The notes beneath the pieces were generated by a model. The model ran no database searches. It was not told the origin of the DNA and saw only the letters and a list, made by a program, of their open reading frames with translations. A stretch of 22,128 bases of DNA. It comes from Elusimicrobiota bacterium (GTDB taxonomy: Bacteria > Elusimicrobiota > Elusimicrobia > UBA1565). Where the stretch lies: NCBI GenBank assembly GCA_043827405.1, contig JBDRPD010000026.1:1-22128 (forward strand), written 5' to 3'. Shown here piece after piece: positions 22,001-22,128 of the stretch (its first letter is position 1; every line of letters starts with the position of its first letter). The position numbers were made by a program, and so were the translations under genes.

Positions 22001-22128
22001 ATGGCGAAGGAAAAATTTAACCGCACCAAACCGCACGTAAACATCGGGACGATTGGTCACGTAGACCACGGCAAGACGACGCTGACGGCGGCGATCACCT
22101 CGGTGATGGCGAAGAAGGGCTTGGCGAA
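22001..22128 (+). CDS. tuf: Elongation factor Tu, 3'-truncated by the window edge
   Basis: [40 protein letters not shown] upstream. Confidence 0.99.
   Translation, partial: MAKEKFNRTKPHVNIGTIGHVDHGKTTLTAAITSVMAKKGLA

Overview
Core-genome window from a high-GC, probably diderm bacterium. Elusimicrobiota is my tentative guess from overall rRNA/protein character; no search was run. Every real gene lies on the + strand. Order: end of the F1Fo ATP synthase operon (atpD, 5'-truncated; atpC); two tightly coupled exported-protein genes (a DUF4349-like protein and a lipoprotein with an AHL-lactonase-type metallo-beta-lactamase fold); a sigma70 promoter and a complete rRNA operon (16S, tRNA-Ile, tRNA-Ala, 23S, 5S); an outer-membrane beta-barrel gene; then rplJ-rplL-rpoB-rpoC-rpsL-rpsG-fusA-tuf (tuf 3'-truncated). 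No mobile elements, CRISPR arrays or introns are seen. Main oddities: (1) the MBL-fold lipoprotein has lost its canonical metal-ligand residues while keeping the flanking motifs, so it looks like a conserved pseudoenzyme; (2) rplJL-rpoBC is separated from secE-nusG-rplKA and preceded by a beta-barrel gene with chlamydial MOMP-like motifs directly behind the 5S rRNA; (3) there are structured RNA elements in the 23S-5S spacer (with a possible internal promoter) and between rplJ and rplL; (4) tRNA-Ile lacks the near-invariant A14.
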